Part shown: in pieces, positions 28,797 to 39,059 of the stretch
How positions within the stretch are numbered: the stretch's first letter is position 1
Layout: every line of letters begins with the position of its first letter
Assembly: GCA_030550495.1 (NCBI GenBank)
Contig: JAUQPG010000001.1
Coordinates: 44,512 to 108,511, forward strand
DNA from: Candidatus Bipolaricaulota bacterium
GTDB lineage: Bacteria; Bipolaricaulota; Bipolaricaulia; RBG-16-55-9; DRXL01
Length of the DNA: 64,000 nucleotides
Direction: 5' to 3'
Notes under the pieces: model-generated
Told to the model about the DNA's origin: nothing
The model's database searches: none
What the model saw: only the letters and a program-made list of their open reading frames with translations
Made by a program: the position numbers and the translations under genes

Positions 28797-30056
28797 ATGG
28801 GGGAGATCATTGTCGGCCTAGACATAGGCACTACAAAGGTGGTCGCCCTCGTCTGTAATGTCGAGGACGGCCAGATCGAGATCATCGGGATGGGGAAGGC
28901 CCCCTCTCATGGCCTAGAGAAAGGGGTTGTAGTCGACATCGGCGAGACGACGGCTTCTATTAAACGCGCTATTGAAGAGGCCGAAAATATGGCCGATGTC
29001 AAGATCGAGCGCGTCTACGCGGGAATTGCGGGAAAGCACATTCAGAGCATTAACAATTCTGGGACAGTCTCGATCTCCCGGGAGAGTCGGATCATCACTG
29101 TAGAGGATGTCCAACGGGTGATCGATACGGCGCAAGCCGTGCAGATTGCCCCAGATAGTCAGCTGATCCATGTTATCCCACGTCAGTATATTGTAGACGG
29201 CCAAGAGGGGATCACGGACCCCGTAGGCATGATTGGGACACGCCTTGAGGTCGATGTGCATATCGTGACCGGCTCGATCACAGCCGTACACAATATCCGG
29301 CGATGCGTAGAGAACCTGGGGATCGAAGTGGAACAGATCGTGCTGCAACCATTGGCTTCGTCCTATGCCGTGCTGACAGAAGCCGAGAAGGAGCTTGGGG
29401 TCGCTTTGATGGACATCGGGGGCGGCACCACAGATATTGCGATCTTCCGCGATGGCGATATTTGGTTCAGCAAGATCATCCCTATCGCGGGCGAGCATAT
29501 CACTAACGACATCACAGTAGGGTTGCGAGTCAGCTACGAAGAAGCCGAGCGCATCAAGATCCAAGAGGGGCTGCCGCGCATCACCGACGAGGCTGCCGAA
29601 GAAGAACGCATTGAGATCACGACCATCAGCGAAGAGAAGAAGCTCATCTCAAAGAGAAAGCTCGCGAAGATCATCGAGCCCAGATTAGAGGAGCTCTTCG
29701 ATTTAGCGATGGGTGAGATCGAAGACGTCGGCTATCGCGATCTCATCCCTGCGGGGATCGTCTTGACAGGAGGCACATCGCTCTTGAAAGGGCTACCGGA
29801 GTTCGTCTCTGAGCGTTATGACATCTCGGTGCGGCGTAGTCTTCCTCCTCAGGGGATTCACGGGTTGCGCGATATTGTCGAAAGCCCAATCTATTCGACG
29901 GTCATTGGCTTAGTCAAATACGCTGTGGAGTCGAAGGAGTATCGCTACCGAGAGCCATCGCGTCGCTACTGGAGCGTCACGCGTTCTCAGAGCAGGGGGT
30001 TTAGCGGGCTCTTGGGGCGGCTGCTGCGCTGGCTCAACCGGTTCTTCCGGGGTTAG
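28797..30056 (+). CDS. ftsA: Cell division protein FtsA
   Basis: …IIVGLDIGTTKVVALV… actin-like ATPase fold and a C-terminal amphipathic tail. Confidence 0.85.
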   Translation: MGEIIVGLDIGTTKVVALVCNVEDGQIEIIGMGKAPSHGLEKGVVVDIGETTASIKRAIEEAENMADVKIERVYAGIAGKHIQSINNSGTVSISRESRIITVEDVQRVIDTAQAVQIAPDSQLIHVIPRQYIVDGQEGITDPVGMIGTRLEVDVHIVTGSITAVHNIRRCVENLGIEVEQIVLQPLASSYAVLTEAEKELGVALMDIGGGTTDIAIFRDGDIWFSKIIPIAGEHITNDITVGLRVSYEEAERIKIQEGLPRITDEAAEEERIEITTISEEKKLISKRKLAKIIEPRLEELFDLAMGEIEDVGYRDLIPAGIVLTGGTSLLKGLPEFVSERYDISVRRSLPPQGIHGLRDIVESPIYSTVIGLVKYAVESKEYRYREPSRRYWSVTRSQSRGFSGLLGRLLRWLNRFFRG

Positions 30057-30064
30057 GGGGTTCT

Positions 30065-31162
30065 ATGAGCCGAGGCGGATTGGCACGGATTAAAGTGATC
30101 GGCGTTGGGGGTGGCGGGGGCAATGCCGTTGACCGCATGAAGAAAGCCAAGATCAAAGACGTTGAGCTGATTGCGGTCAACACCGATGCCCAGGTGCTCT
30201 CGATCATCGAAGCCGATCGGACCGTTCAGATTGGGGCGAAGCTCACCGCGGGATTGGGGGCTGGGGGCAACCCGGAGATCGGGCGCAAGGCCGCCGAAGA
30301 GTCCGAAGCTGAGCTTGCAGCCCTCTTAGAAGACACCGATATGATCTTCTTGACGGCAGGGATGGGTGGGGGCACCGGCACGGGGGCTTCGCCGGTGATT
30401 GCGCGCTTAGCTCGCGAAGCGGGCGTCCTCACTGTGGCCGTGGTGACCAAGCCCTTCTCGTTTGAGGGGCGACTGCGCGCAGAGCGCGCCAAGAAGGGCA
30501 TCGAGGAGCTCAAACAGTATGTCGATACGCTCATCGCCATCCCCAACGACCGATTGCTGAAGGTCGCCCCTCCAGAGATGCCCCTCGTCAAGGCGTTCGA
30601 GCTCGCTGACGATATCTTGCGCCAAGGCATTCAGGGTATTACCGATCTCATCACCACGCCGGGGATGATCAATCTCGATTTTGCCGATATTGAAGCGACG
30701 ATGCGCAACGCTGGGACGGCGCTGATGGGGATTGGGGAGGGGGAGGGGGAGAACCGCACCCGCGATGCCGCGCGCAATGCGATCACCAGCCCGCTCTTAG
30801 AAGGCTCCATCGAGGGGGCTCAAAAGCTCATTCTCAATATCACCGGGGGTCCGGATCTCTCCCTCGAGGAGGTCACCGAGGCGGCCTCCCTGATCAAAGA
30901 GACCCTCTCGGATCAGGCGGATATCTTCTTTGGCGCCGTAGTACGCGAGGGATTCGAACGCGTGCGCATCACCGTGATCGCGACGGGGTTCAAGGAGCGT
31001 GAGGAGCTCTCCAAAGAAGAGAAGCTTGAGCGCGGCCTCGAGATACTCGAAGACGACGAAGAAGAGTTGATCGAGAAGGTCGAGCGCAGCATCCGCAAGG
31101 ACCGAGCTCGCTCCGATGATTGGGATATCCCGACGTTCCTCCGCAAGCGCAAGAGCGACTAG
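30065..31162 (+). CDS. ftsZ: Cell division GTPase FtsZ
   Basis: …IKVIGVGGGGGNAVDRM…, GTP motif FLTAGMGGGTGTGASPVIA, T7 loop NLDFADI. Confidence 0.9.
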   Translation: MSRGGLARIKVIGVGGGGGNAVDRMKKAKIKDVELIAVNTDAQVLSIIEADRTVQIGAKLTAGLGAGGNPEIGRKAAEESEAELAALLEDTDMIFLTAGMGGGTGTGASPVIARLAREAGVLTVAVVTKPFSFEGRLRAERAKKGIEELKQYVDTLIAIPNDRLLKVAPPEMPLVKAFELADDILRQGIQGITDLITTPGMINLDFADIEATMRNAGTALMGIGEGEGENRTRDAARNAITSPLLEGSIEGAQKLILNITGGPDLSLEEVTEAASLIKETLSDQADIFFGAVVREGFERVRITVIATGFKEREELSKEEKLERGLEILEDDEEELIEKVERSIRKDRARSDDWDIPTFLRKRKSD

Positions 31163-32289
31163 AAGTCCATTCTGATGGGCATACAGACGTACAAGAAGCC
31201 CTGATCGGCCTCGCTATCTCCTGGCTCGAGCAACCCCGCGCTTTCCGCATCCGCCAGCCATAACGTGACTTCCTCGCTCTCGAGGCGCTTGAGCGCATCT
31301 ATGAGATACTCCGCGCGAAAGCTGATCTTGATGGGCTTAGCTTTCTTCTTCAGGGGGAGCTCTTCGTGAGTCTCCCCCTTCTCTGCTGCTTGTGAGCTCA
31401 CCCGTAAGAGAGTATTTTCTACGCTCAAGATCACAGCGTCGGACTCTTCAGCAGCTGTGATCTGGGCGCGCTGCAGCGCCTCCAAGAAGCGCTTCCTCTC
31501 TAAAGAGATGCCGATGGGGTTCTCCCTGGGAATGACCTTCTCAAAATCAGGGTATGCTTCTTCAATGAGCCGCCCGACAAAGACGACCGACCCAGCCTTG
31601 AAAAAGAGATAATTCTCAGACTGATAGAGCTCGACGGTTTCTGATTCTAGTTGAGCCAAGATCCCCGCCAAGTCGCGCAGGGAGTCTGCGGCGACGAGAA
31701 ACTCCCCTTCTTGAGAAGCTCTCTGCGCTAAGCGTTCGGACTTGAGCGCCAGGCGATACCCGTTCGTCGCCACAACCTTCAGGGTCTCTTTCTCTAAGAC
31801 CAAGTTGACGCCAGTCAGGCTCAGCCGAGACGTCTCGCGAGCAGGAAGCGCCGCATACGCGACAAGCTCTAAGCTCCTCTCAAGCTGAGACTTCTCTAGC
31901 ACACAGATGGGTTTGTCTGGTAGGGACGGTACCTCAGGATAGTCCTCTAACGAGAGCCGGAAGAGATCAAACGTCACCCCACCAGAGACGATCTCGACTT
32001 TGCCCGTGCCGGGAATCGTCTTGAGCTCAACAGTATCAGCGGGAAGAGTGTTCGCGATCCTCACGAGGAGTTCGCCGTTGAGCACTAATGCTTCATCGCC
32101 GTCGCGGTTCTCTATCGGGACGGAGCACCAGATAGCGCGCTCGAGATCCGTCGCATACAGCGTGAGTTGATTCTTCTTGACCTCGAGCTTCACCCCAGCC
32201 AAGATCGGCATACTGGTGGCTCTCCCGATGGCGCGACTGACGGTCTTCACCCCTGCGAGAAATTCGTTCCGTCCGCACGAAAATTCCAT
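31159..32289 (-). CDS. dnaN: DNA polymerase III beta sliding clamp
   Basis: 376 aa with three-domain clamp layout (MEFSCGRNEFLAGVKTVSRAIGR…ILAGVKLEVKKNQLTLYATDLE…). Convergent with ftsZ; no dnaA nearby. Confidence 0.85.
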   Translation of the reverse strand: MEFSCGRNEFLAGVKTVSRAIGRATSMPILAGVKLEVKKNQLTLYATDLERAIWCSVPIENRDGDEALVLNGELLVRIANTLPADTVELKTIPGTGKVEIVSGGVTFDLFRLSLEDYPEVPSLPDKPICVLEKSQLERSLELVAYAALPARETSRLSLTGVNLVLEKETLKVVATNGYRLALKSERLAQRASQEGEFLVAADSLRDLAGILAQLESETVELYQSENYLFFKAGSVVFVGRLIEEAYPDFEKVIPRENPIGISLERKRFLEALQRAQITAAEESDAVILSVENTLLRVSSQAAEKGETHEELPLKKKAKPIKISFRAEYLIDALKRLESEEVTLWLADAESAGLLEPGDSEADQGFLYVCMPIRMDF

Positions 32290-32316
32290 ACTCTATCCTC
32301 CTTCCTTGCCAGCAAC

Positions 32317-32922
32317 TCACAAGAGCGACTCCACGGCCTTCCAGATCTGCTCAGCGAGCTCAGAGGCTGGGCGTGTCCCGTCTAATAATAAACTTCCGGG
32401 GGTCTGTTGCGCCAGCTCGCGATAGCCCCGGCGTACCCGCTCGTGAAACTCCAGCCCCGCGCGCTCCAGCCGATCAAACGCGCTGCGCTTGCGCGCAAGA
32501 GCCACCTCTACCGGGACATCGAGAATAATCGTCATAGACGGCTCTATCCCCTCAGTCGCTATGGTATTGAAATGGCGCACCAAAGTTAAGTCGAGGCCCC
32601 GGCCATAGCCCTGATACGCCAAGCTCGCCATAGCAAAGCGATCCGCAAGCACTACTTGGCCTGCCTGGAGCGCCGGGCGCAGCACCGTGCGCGTCAGCTC
32701 GCTGCGCGACGCTTCATAGAGCAAGAGCTCCGTCAGAGGCTCCATCTCTAAGGGGCGTTCTAGCAAGATCTCCCTGATCTGCTCCCCCACAGGAGTGCCG
32801 CCGGGCTCCCGTATTACTAAAGGCTCTATCCCGTATGCCTGCAAGCGCTTGGAGAGCGCGCGGAGCTGCGTGGACTTTCCGCACCCGTCAATCCCCTCAA
32901 AGACGATAAAGACTCCCTTCAT
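32317..32922 (-). CDS. tmk: Thymidylate kinase
   Basis: MKGVFIVFEGIDGCGKSTQ…; LID/DRx motifs. Confidence 0.85.
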   Translation of the reverse strand: MKGVFIVFEGIDGCGKSTQLRALSKRLQAYGIEPLVIREPGGTPVGEQIREILLERPLEMEPLTELLLYEASRSELTRTVLRPALQAGQVVLADRFAMASLAYQGYGRGLDLTLVRHFNTIATEGIEPSMTIILDVPVEVALARKRSAFDRLERAGLEFHERVRRGYRELAQQTPGSLLLDGTRPASELAEQIWKAVESLL

Positions 32923-33386
32923 TGGGGCTCACGAGCGCTTCGGCGCTCCAAGATCACGAGAGCGAACAGCACAAAGCCCGTCCCCATAACAATTGCCGTG
33001 TCAGCGAGATTGAAGATAGGCCAACTCAGATCGTGCCAGCGGAGCTCGAGAAAATCAATGACTGCTCCCCGCATGAATCGATCCGTCAGATTGCCCAAGG
33101 CTCCCCCAGCAATGCACACTAGTCCAATGGTCATAGACCGACGCTGCGGCGGGCCCCACAGCAACAGCCCTATAATTGCGAAACTGACAAGAGCTGCAAG
33201 AACCGCGATTACACCCCCAAATCCCTGAAAGAGCCCAAATGCCCCGCCGTCGTTCCACGTGAGCGTTAAGCGCAAGACCCCATCGATGAGCTCAACCGGC
33301 CGGCCGGGCTCCAAAATCTTAAGAGCTAGCGCCTTACTTGCTTGATCGAGCGCCACTATCCCTGCAATAGCCACGAGTGCCTTCAT
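32919..33386 (-). CDS. lspA: Lipoprotein signal peptidase II
   Basis: …LDQASKALA…WNDGGAFGLF…FNLADTAIVMG…; start taken at MKALVAI. Confidence 0.8.
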   Translation of the reverse strand: MKALVAIAGIVALDQASKALALKILEPGRPVELIDGVLRLTLTWNDGGAFGLFQGFGGVIAVLAALVSFAIIGLLLWGPPQRRSMTIGLVCIAGGALGNLTDRFMRGAVIDFLELRWHDLSWPIFNLADTAIVMGTGFVLFALVILERRSAREPQ

Positions 33387-33476
33387 TGGGTTCAGTATAG
33401 CACGAGAGAGATTGAAGGTCAAAGCCCTCTTGCACACAGAGCGCCATTTATGCTATTATCTCTAAGGTGAAGCCCC

Positions 33477-35114
33477 ATGACTGCGAAGCCCTGGCTCCGC
33501 CACTACCCCGACGACATCCCCCATACCCTGACATATCCGGAGAAGCCGCTCTATGATTTTCTCGATCGTTCCGCAGAGCAGTACGAGAAGGCACCAGCAC
33601 TCGTCTTCTTCGGGCAACGGATCACGTACGGGCAACTACGCGAACTTGTCGATCGCTTCGCCGCAGCGCTGATCCAGATCGGGGCCCAGCCCGGGGAAAA
33701 GATCTCGCTGATGCTCCCCAATATCCCGCAGTTTGTCATAGCGTTCTACGGAGCGCTCAAGGCGGGCGTGACTGTCGTTCAGACTAACCCCCTCTACACC
33801 GAGGACGAACTCCATGTGATCTTAGGGGATTCGCAAGCCGAGACGCTCATCACGCTTGATCGCTTCTACGAAAAAGTCTTGCACGTCCAAGGGAAGACGA
33901 ATTTGAAACGCATTATCGTCACGGGAGTACAGGAGTTCTTCCCAGGGCTGCTGCGCTTAGGGTATTTGCTCAAAGAGCGCCCCAAACGCATACGCCCAAG
34001 CCCGCCGAACGTCTATCTCTTCTCAGACTTGATTCGCAGTGCCCCAACACATCCCCCACAGATCCCCGTGCGCTCAAGCGATATCGCGCTCTTTCAGTAT
34101 ACCGGGGGAACGACGGGCATCCCCAAGGGCGCCATGCTCACCCATAAGAATCTTGTGGCGAACACACTGCAAGCGCGCTCGTGGTTCCCGCGCGCCCGAC
34201 CTGCCCAAGAGACGTGCTTGTGCGTGCTCCCGCTCTTCCATGTCTATGCCATGACAGTAGCGCTCAATCTCTCGATGGCGCTCGCGGCAGCACTCATCTT
34301 AGTCCCGCGCTTCCAGATAGACGAACTCTTAAAGATTATAGATCGTGAGCGCCCCTCGCTCTTCCCCGGCGCGCCGACGCTCTATGCAGCTATTGCCAAC
34401 CATCCCCGCGTGAAGGACTATCATGTCAGCTCAATCAAGGCATGTATCAGCGGCTCCGCACCGCTTCCCTTGGAAGTCAAACGGCGCTTTGAGGAGCTGA
34501 CCGGTGCGGTGCTCGTCGAAGGTTACGGGCTCTCAGAAGCCTCTCCCGTGACCCACTGCAATCCGCTCTATGGCAAGCAAGTTCCAGGGAGCATTGGCAT
34601 CCCCTTCCCCGACACCGATGCCAAGATCGTTGACCCAACGTCAGGGCAAGAGCTGCTCCCAGGAGAAATCGGTGAATTGATCGTCCAAGGCCCACAAGTG
34701 ATGGCAGGCTATTGGAACCGCCCTGACGAGACAGCCATGGCTCTGCGTGGCGGCTGGCTCCACACGGGAGATCTCGCCCGCATGGACGAAGATGGGTATT
34801 TTTATATTGTTGATCGTCTCAAAGAGATGATCATCTGTTCGGGGTTGAAGGTCTACCCGCGCGAGGTTGAAGAGGTGCTCTATAAACACCCTAAAGTGCT
34901 CGAAGCCGCGGTCATCGGGGTGCCCGATCCCTATCGCGGGGAGACCGTGAAGGCTCTTATCGTGCCCAAGCCTGGGACAAGCCCCACAGCCGATGAGATC
35001 AAAGCGTTTTGCGCGGAGCATCTGGCAAAATACAAGGTGCCCACGATCGTTGAGTTTCGCGACTCGCTGCCCAAGAGCATCGTGGGGAAGATCTTGAAGA
35101 GGGATCTGCGATGA
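33477..35114 (+). CDS. Long-chain fatty-acid--CoA ligase (AMP-binding family)
   Basis: AMP-binding motifs LFQYTGGTTGIPKGAMLTHKN, …GYGLSEASPV…, …GWLHTGDLARMDEDGYFYIVDRLKEMI…. Confidence 0.8.
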   Translation: MTAKPWLRHYPDDIPHTLTYPEKPLYDFLDRSAEQYEKAPALVFFGQRITYGQLRELVDRFAAALIQIGAQPGEKISLMLPNIPQFVIAFYGALKAGVTVVQTNPLYTEDELHVILGDSQAETLITLDRFYEKVLHVQGKTNLKRIIVTGVQEFFPGLLRLGYLLKERPKRIRPSPPNVYLFSDLIRSAPTHPPQIPVRSSDIALFQYTGGTTGIPKGAMLTHKNLVANTLQARSWFPRARPAQETCLCVLPLFHVYAMTVALNLSMALAAALILVPRFQIDELLKIIDRERPSLFPGAPTLYAAIANHPRVKDYHVSSIKACISGSAPLPLEVKRRFEELTGAVLVEGYGLSEASPVTHCNPLYGKQVPGSIGIPFPDTDAKIVDPTSGQELLPGEIGELIVQGPQVMAGYWNRPDETAMALRGGWLHTGDLARMDEDGYFYIVDRLKEMIICSGLKVYPREVEEVLYKHPKVLEAAVIGVPDPYRGETVKALIVPKPGTSPTADEIKAFCAEHLAKYKVPTIVEFRDSLPKSIVGKILKRDLR

Positions 35115-35746
35115 GAGAGTTTATTGCGCGTCTGCACCTTACGACACCGCCCTGCTTCCCCGAACCCTCTGTGTGGTTGACCCCTGAAGAAATCCGCGCG
35201 TTGGAGAGGTTCAAGACGTGGCGACGCCGTCAAGACTGGCTGGCCGGTCGCTGGGCCGCTAAAGGGCTTATACGACAATATCTCCTGGAGACAGCCAATC
35301 TCGCACTTGATCTTGTCCAGATTGAGATCGGGAACACTCCTACAGGGGCACCGGTGCTCCAGCGACCGCTCTGCAGTGACATACATATCTCGATCGCTCA
35401 CAGCGCGGGGTATGGATTGGCGGGGCTAGCGCTGGGCACTCCCATTGGCGTGGATTTACAACATATCCGTGCGGTGCGTCTCGATTTACACGAGCGTGTG
35501 CTCAGCGAACAGGAGCGCATGCAACTTGCTCGCTCTTTCGTTGGGCAAGAGCTCGAAGGGCTCCTTGTCTTTTGGGCACTCAAAGAGGCCACGATCAAAA
35601 CCCAGCGCATGCGTCCGGTCCCATCGTGGCGCGAGATCGCCGTCAACCTCACGGAACCTGGATACGCTGAGATTCGTATACGATCGCAGAAACTGGCGGC
35701 TCAATGGGGTCGGTGGCGAGAGTTCATCTGGGCGTGTGTGCTCTGA
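35111..35746 (+). CDS. 4'-phosphopantetheinyl transferase (Sfp/EntD type)
   Basis: …ISIAHSAGYGLAGLALGTPIGVDLQHIR…WALKEATIK…; start overlaps the upstream stop. Confidence 0.65.
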   Translation: MREFIARLHLTTPPCFPEPSVWLTPEEIRALERFKTWRRRQDWLAGRWAAKGLIRQYLLETANLALDLVQIEIGNTPTGAPVLQRPLCSDIHISIAHSAGYGLAGLALGTPIGVDLQHIRAVRLDLHERVLSEQERMQLARSFVGQELEGLLVFWALKEATIKTQRMRPVPSWREIAVNLTEPGYAEIRIRSQKLAAQWGRWREFIWACVL

Positions 35747-35786
35747 GCCCTGCCGGCCAGGGGTAGCTGAGTGAATACAAAATACT

Positions 35787-36677
35787 ATGACCCCACGTCC
35801 GCATCAGCCGGTGATGGTCGCTGAAGTTTTAGAAGCTTTGGCGATCAAGCCCAACGGTATCTATCTCGACGGCACTGTCGGCGGTGGCGGCCACGCGCGC
35901 GAGATCGCGTCGCGCTTACAGAACGGGCTTTTGATTGGGCTGGATTGCGACCCAAGGGCATTAGAGATCGCTCGTGCGCATCTCCAGGAATTTTCACATC
36001 GTGTGAAGCTCGTTCACGCGAACTTCGCCCAGCTCGACAAAGTCCTGGACAACCTAGGAATTCAGCATGTAGACGGAATTCTTTTAGATTTAGGGGTCTC
36101 GCTCACGCAGCTTGATACAGCCGAGCGCGGGCTGAGCTTCCGCCTCGAAGGTCCTCTCGATATGCGCCTCGACCCAACTCAAGAGCTGACCGCGGCTGAT
36201 TTAGTCAATTCCCTCGACGAGCGCGAGCTTGTGCAGATCTTTCGGGAGTATGGGGAAGAGCGCTGGGCCGCACGCATCGCGAAAAATATTGTACGCGCGC
36301 GCCGCACCGCGCCTATTAAGACGACGACAGAATTAGTGAAGATCATTGAGCGGAGCATTCCCCCAGCTGTGCGCTATAAGAGCCACATTCATCCGGCAAC
36401 CCGCATCTTCCAGGCCCTGCGCATCGCTGTCAACAATGAGCTTGAAAATCTGCAGAAAGCCTTGACAGTAGGATTTGAGCGTCTCGCTCCTGGGGGTCGT
36501 TTCGCCGTGATCTCGTTTCACTCGCTGGAAGATCGCATTGTGAAGAGATTCTTTCGTGCGCAGCTCAAAGCAGGCCAAGCCGAGCAGATCTGGGGACCAC
36601 TCCGTCCCTCACCTCAAGAATCTGCCCAGAACCCGCGCGCCCGCAGTGCCAAACTCCGCGCTCTGCAGAAGGCTTGA
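35787..36677 (+). CDS. rsmH: 16S rRNA (cytosine1402-N4)-methyltransferase RsmH/MraW, located away from the dcw block
   Basis: …YLDGTVGGGGHAREI…LDLGVSLTQLD…FHSLEDRIVKRFF…. Confidence 0.85.
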   Translation: MTPRPHQPVMVAEVLEALAIKPNGIYLDGTVGGGGHAREIASRLQNGLLIGLDCDPRALEIARAHLQEFSHRVKLVHANFAQLDKVLDNLGIQHVDGILLDLGVSLTQLDTAERGLSFRLEGPLDMRLDPTQELTAADLVNSLDERELVQIFREYGEERWAARIAKNIVRARRTAPIKTTTELVKIIERSIPPAVRYKSHIHPATRIFQALRIAVNNELENLQKALTVGFERLAPGGRFAVISFHSLEDRIVKRFFRAQLKAGQAEQIWGPLRPSPQESAQNPRARSAKLRALQKA

Positions 36678-36756
36678 CAAACGCTTTTAGAGCAAGCAAA
36701 ATAATCTTCTGGGAGGGTTGAGCACCCTTGCCTTCTCTCCCGGTGAGAGGCATCAT

Positions 36757-37368
36757 ATGAGAGCGCAGATCATCGAATTCCAAACAGGCAGAGGCCTTCC
36801 CAAGGAGGCCTTTGACCAGATCGCCCCTGCGGTGAGCGAGGGCCATTTAGTCGTCTTTCCCACCGAGATCTCATACGTCGTCGGAGGGAATGCGTTCAAC
36901 CAAAACTTAGTCAATCGCGTGCGCGCTTTACGACAAGATCCTCAAGGCCCCTTGGCTCTCTATATCAGTAGTATTACGGAGTTTCGGCTCTACGTCGTGC
37001 CTGTCTTGCCACGACTGCGCCGCGCTCTTGAGCGCTGCTTGCCCGGTCCTTATGGGGTTATTGTGCGCGCGACGCAAGCAGCTCCCAGGGCCTGTGTCAG
37101 CAGTGCCGGAACTATCGAGGTCCACATGCCCGCCAGCCAATCGTACCAAATGTTCTACGAGGCGAGCGGGCGCCCGCTTGTTGGAGTCAAGCTTGATCTG
37201 GTGCGCCGCGAGGACGTCTTAGACAGATTCGGCGAGCACGCCGATCTCATCGTGCTCACCAACGAGCCGATGAGCCCGCAAAGCTACGCACTGCTCGATT
37301 TCACTCAGGACCCACCTACCGCTCGAGAAGGGGAGCTGCCAAAGTGGCTGAAATCGTATATAGATTAG
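36757..37368 (+). CDS. YrdC/Sua5-domain protein (threonylcarbamoyl-AMP synthase-like)
   Basis: …GHLVVFPTEISYVVGGNAFNQNLVNRVRALRQDPQGPLALYI…; start ATG 36757 with upstream GGTGAGAGG. Confidence 0.55.
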   Translation: MRAQIIEFQTGRGLPKEAFDQIAPAVSEGHLVVFPTEISYVVGGNAFNQNLVNRVRALRQDPQGPLALYISSITEFRLYVVPVLPRLRRALERCLPGPYGVIVRATQAAPRACVSSAGTIEVHMPASQSYQMFYEASGRPLVGVKLDLVRREDVLDRFGEHADLIVLTNEPMSPQSYALLDFTQDPPTAREGELPKWLKSYID

Positions 37369-39050
37369 TGAGGCTCAAAACGATTGACGATGGGCTGGCG
37401 CCAGTCGCGCCCGAAAGCCCGAGGGGTGATCTTCGGGCCGATGGGGGCTTGGCGCCGTTTATATTCGCTCTTTTGAATGAGCATGACGATCTGGCGCACG
37501 ACACCCTCAGGAAGTTGCAGCGCTTGCGCGATCTCCTTAGGGCTCTGGTTGCGCTCCACGTATGCTTCGAGCACGCGATCTAAGTCGCGATAGGGCGCAG
37601 GAAGATCTGCTTCGTCTGTTTGATCTGGGCGCAGCTCAGCTGTAGGAGCGCGCTCGAGGATACTTTGAGGGATGACTGCAGCTTGTGTGTTGCGCCAACG
37701 AGCCACCTGATAGACTCTCGTTTTTGTGAGATCTTTCAGAACTGAAAATCCCCCGGCCATGTCTCCGTAGAGCGTCGCGTACCCCACAGCGAGCTCGCTC
37801 TTGTTGCCCGCGGTCAGCACGAGGGCCCGAAATTTGTTTGCCAACGCCATCCACAGAACAGCGCGCACGCGCGCTTGGATGTTCTCTTCAGTCACATCGG
37901 GTTGGGCCTCACCAAACACGGGAGCAAGCGTCTGCAACGCGCTCTCGTAGAGCGAGTCTATATCGATTTCCAGAAGCTGAATCTTCAGATTGCGGGCAAT
38001 CTGGGTTGCGCTGTCGCGACTGAGCTGCGATGTGAATCGTGAGGGCAGAAAGACCCCAAGCACGTTCTCCGGGCCGAGGGCATCGGCAGCGATGCACGCG
38101 ACGAGCGCCGAATCGATTCCCCCGGAAAGCCCAACGATGACTCTTTGGAAGCCGTTCTTGCGCGCGTAGTCTCTCGTCGCGAGCACCAACGCACGATAGA
38201 TCTCCTCGGCTTCAGGCAGAGATGGCTCGATGCGCGGGACTCTTCGCTGGGCAGGGTAACGGCCCACAGCTCGTGGGAGCTTGACCGCCCCGTTCAATAG
38301 TGTAGCTCGGCTTGGCGGTGCTAGCGAGAGATCAGCGATTAATAGATCTTCTTCAAAAGCTTTTGCTCGTGCTATCAGCTTCCCCTGGTGATCATAGATC
38401 AAGCTCTGGCCATCGAAGACGAGCTCGTCTTGGCCGCCTACAAGATTGCAGAGCGCGACGGCGACGTGCTCTTGAGTGCTGTGCTTGGCGAGTAAACGCT
38501 CGCGCTGAGAGGGCTTATAGATCTCATAGGGCGAAGCCGAGATATTGATAATGAGCTGCGCTCCCGCACGCGCCTGGGCAATCACCGGGCTGTTAGAACA
38601 CCACAAGTCTTCGCAGATCGTAACCCCAAACGAGAGCGCTCCGTCAGTAAAGATCGAAAAGCGCTCGCCGGGGTGGAAGTAGCGCAGTTCGTCGAAGACC
38701 CCATAGTTGGGCAGGCAGTGCTTGCGATAGATCCCAATAAGCTGTCCATCGCATATGACGGCTGCTGAGTTATATCTGTGATTCTGATCGAGCTCGACGA
38801 ACCCGACAATTGCGACGAGATCACGCACATGAGGGATGATCTCCGTGAGCGCTGCTTGCGTCGCTTGAAGAAAGTCATTGCGGAAGACCAGGTCTTCTGG
38901 GGGATAACCGGTGAGCGCCAGCTCAGGGAACGCCATGATATCAACGTGCTCAGCACGGGCGTGCCCCAGATACTCTAATATTTTCTTGGCGTTGCCCTTA
39001 AGATCACCAACGGTCGTGTTGATCTGAGCAAGGCCGATTCGGACATTCAT
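37365..39050 (-). CDS. nadE: Glutamine-dependent NAD+ synthetase (CN-hydrolase plus NAD synthetase domains)
   Basis: N-terminal nitrilase-like MNVRIGLAQINTTVGDL…FPELALTGYPPEDL… and C-terminal P-loop-like VIVGLSGGIDSA. Confidence 0.85.
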   Translation of the reverse strand: MNVRIGLAQINTTVGDLKGNAKKILEYLGHARAEHVDIMAFPELALTGYPPEDLVFRNDFLQATQAALTEIIPHVRDLVAIVGFVELDQNHRYNSAAVICDGQLIGIYRKHCLPNYGVFDELRYFHPGERFSIFTDGALSFGVTICEDLWCSNSPVIAQARAGAQLIINISASPYEIYKPSQRERLLAKHSTQEHVAVALCNLVGGQDELVFDGQSLIYDHQGKLIARAKAFEEDLLIADLSLAPPSRATLLNGAVKLPRAVGRYPAQRRVPRIEPSLPEAEEIYRALVLATRDYARKNGFQRVIVGLSGGIDSALVACIAADALGPENVLGVFLPSRFTSQLSRDSATQIARNLKIQLLEIDIDSLYESALQTLAPVFGEAQPDVTEENIQARVRAVLWMALANKFRALVLTAGNKSELAVGYATLYGDMAGGFSVLKDLTKTRVYQVARWRNTQAAVIPQSILERAPTAELRPDQTDEADLPAPYRDLDRVLEAYVERNQSPKEIAQALQLPEGVVRQIVMLIQKSEYKRRQAPIGPKITPRAFGRDWRQPIVNRFEPH

Positions 39051-39059
39051 ACAGCTATC

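Noticed and set aside
30721-30750. GGGGAGGGGGAGGGGGAG run in ftsZ encoding GEGEGE, superficially like the GGGAGAGGGG repeat core
   Set aside because: No inverted-repeat partner and no CCCTCACC/GGTGAGGG arms. It lies in a naturally Gly-rich FtsZ segment, so it is not counted as a repeat copy.
36728-36750. CTCTCCCGGTGAGAG near-palindrome upstream of the yrdC-like gene, resembling the repeat family core
   Set aside because: Only a 5-bp stem, no outer arms, and it overlaps the RBS. Judged a chance GC-rich palindrome.
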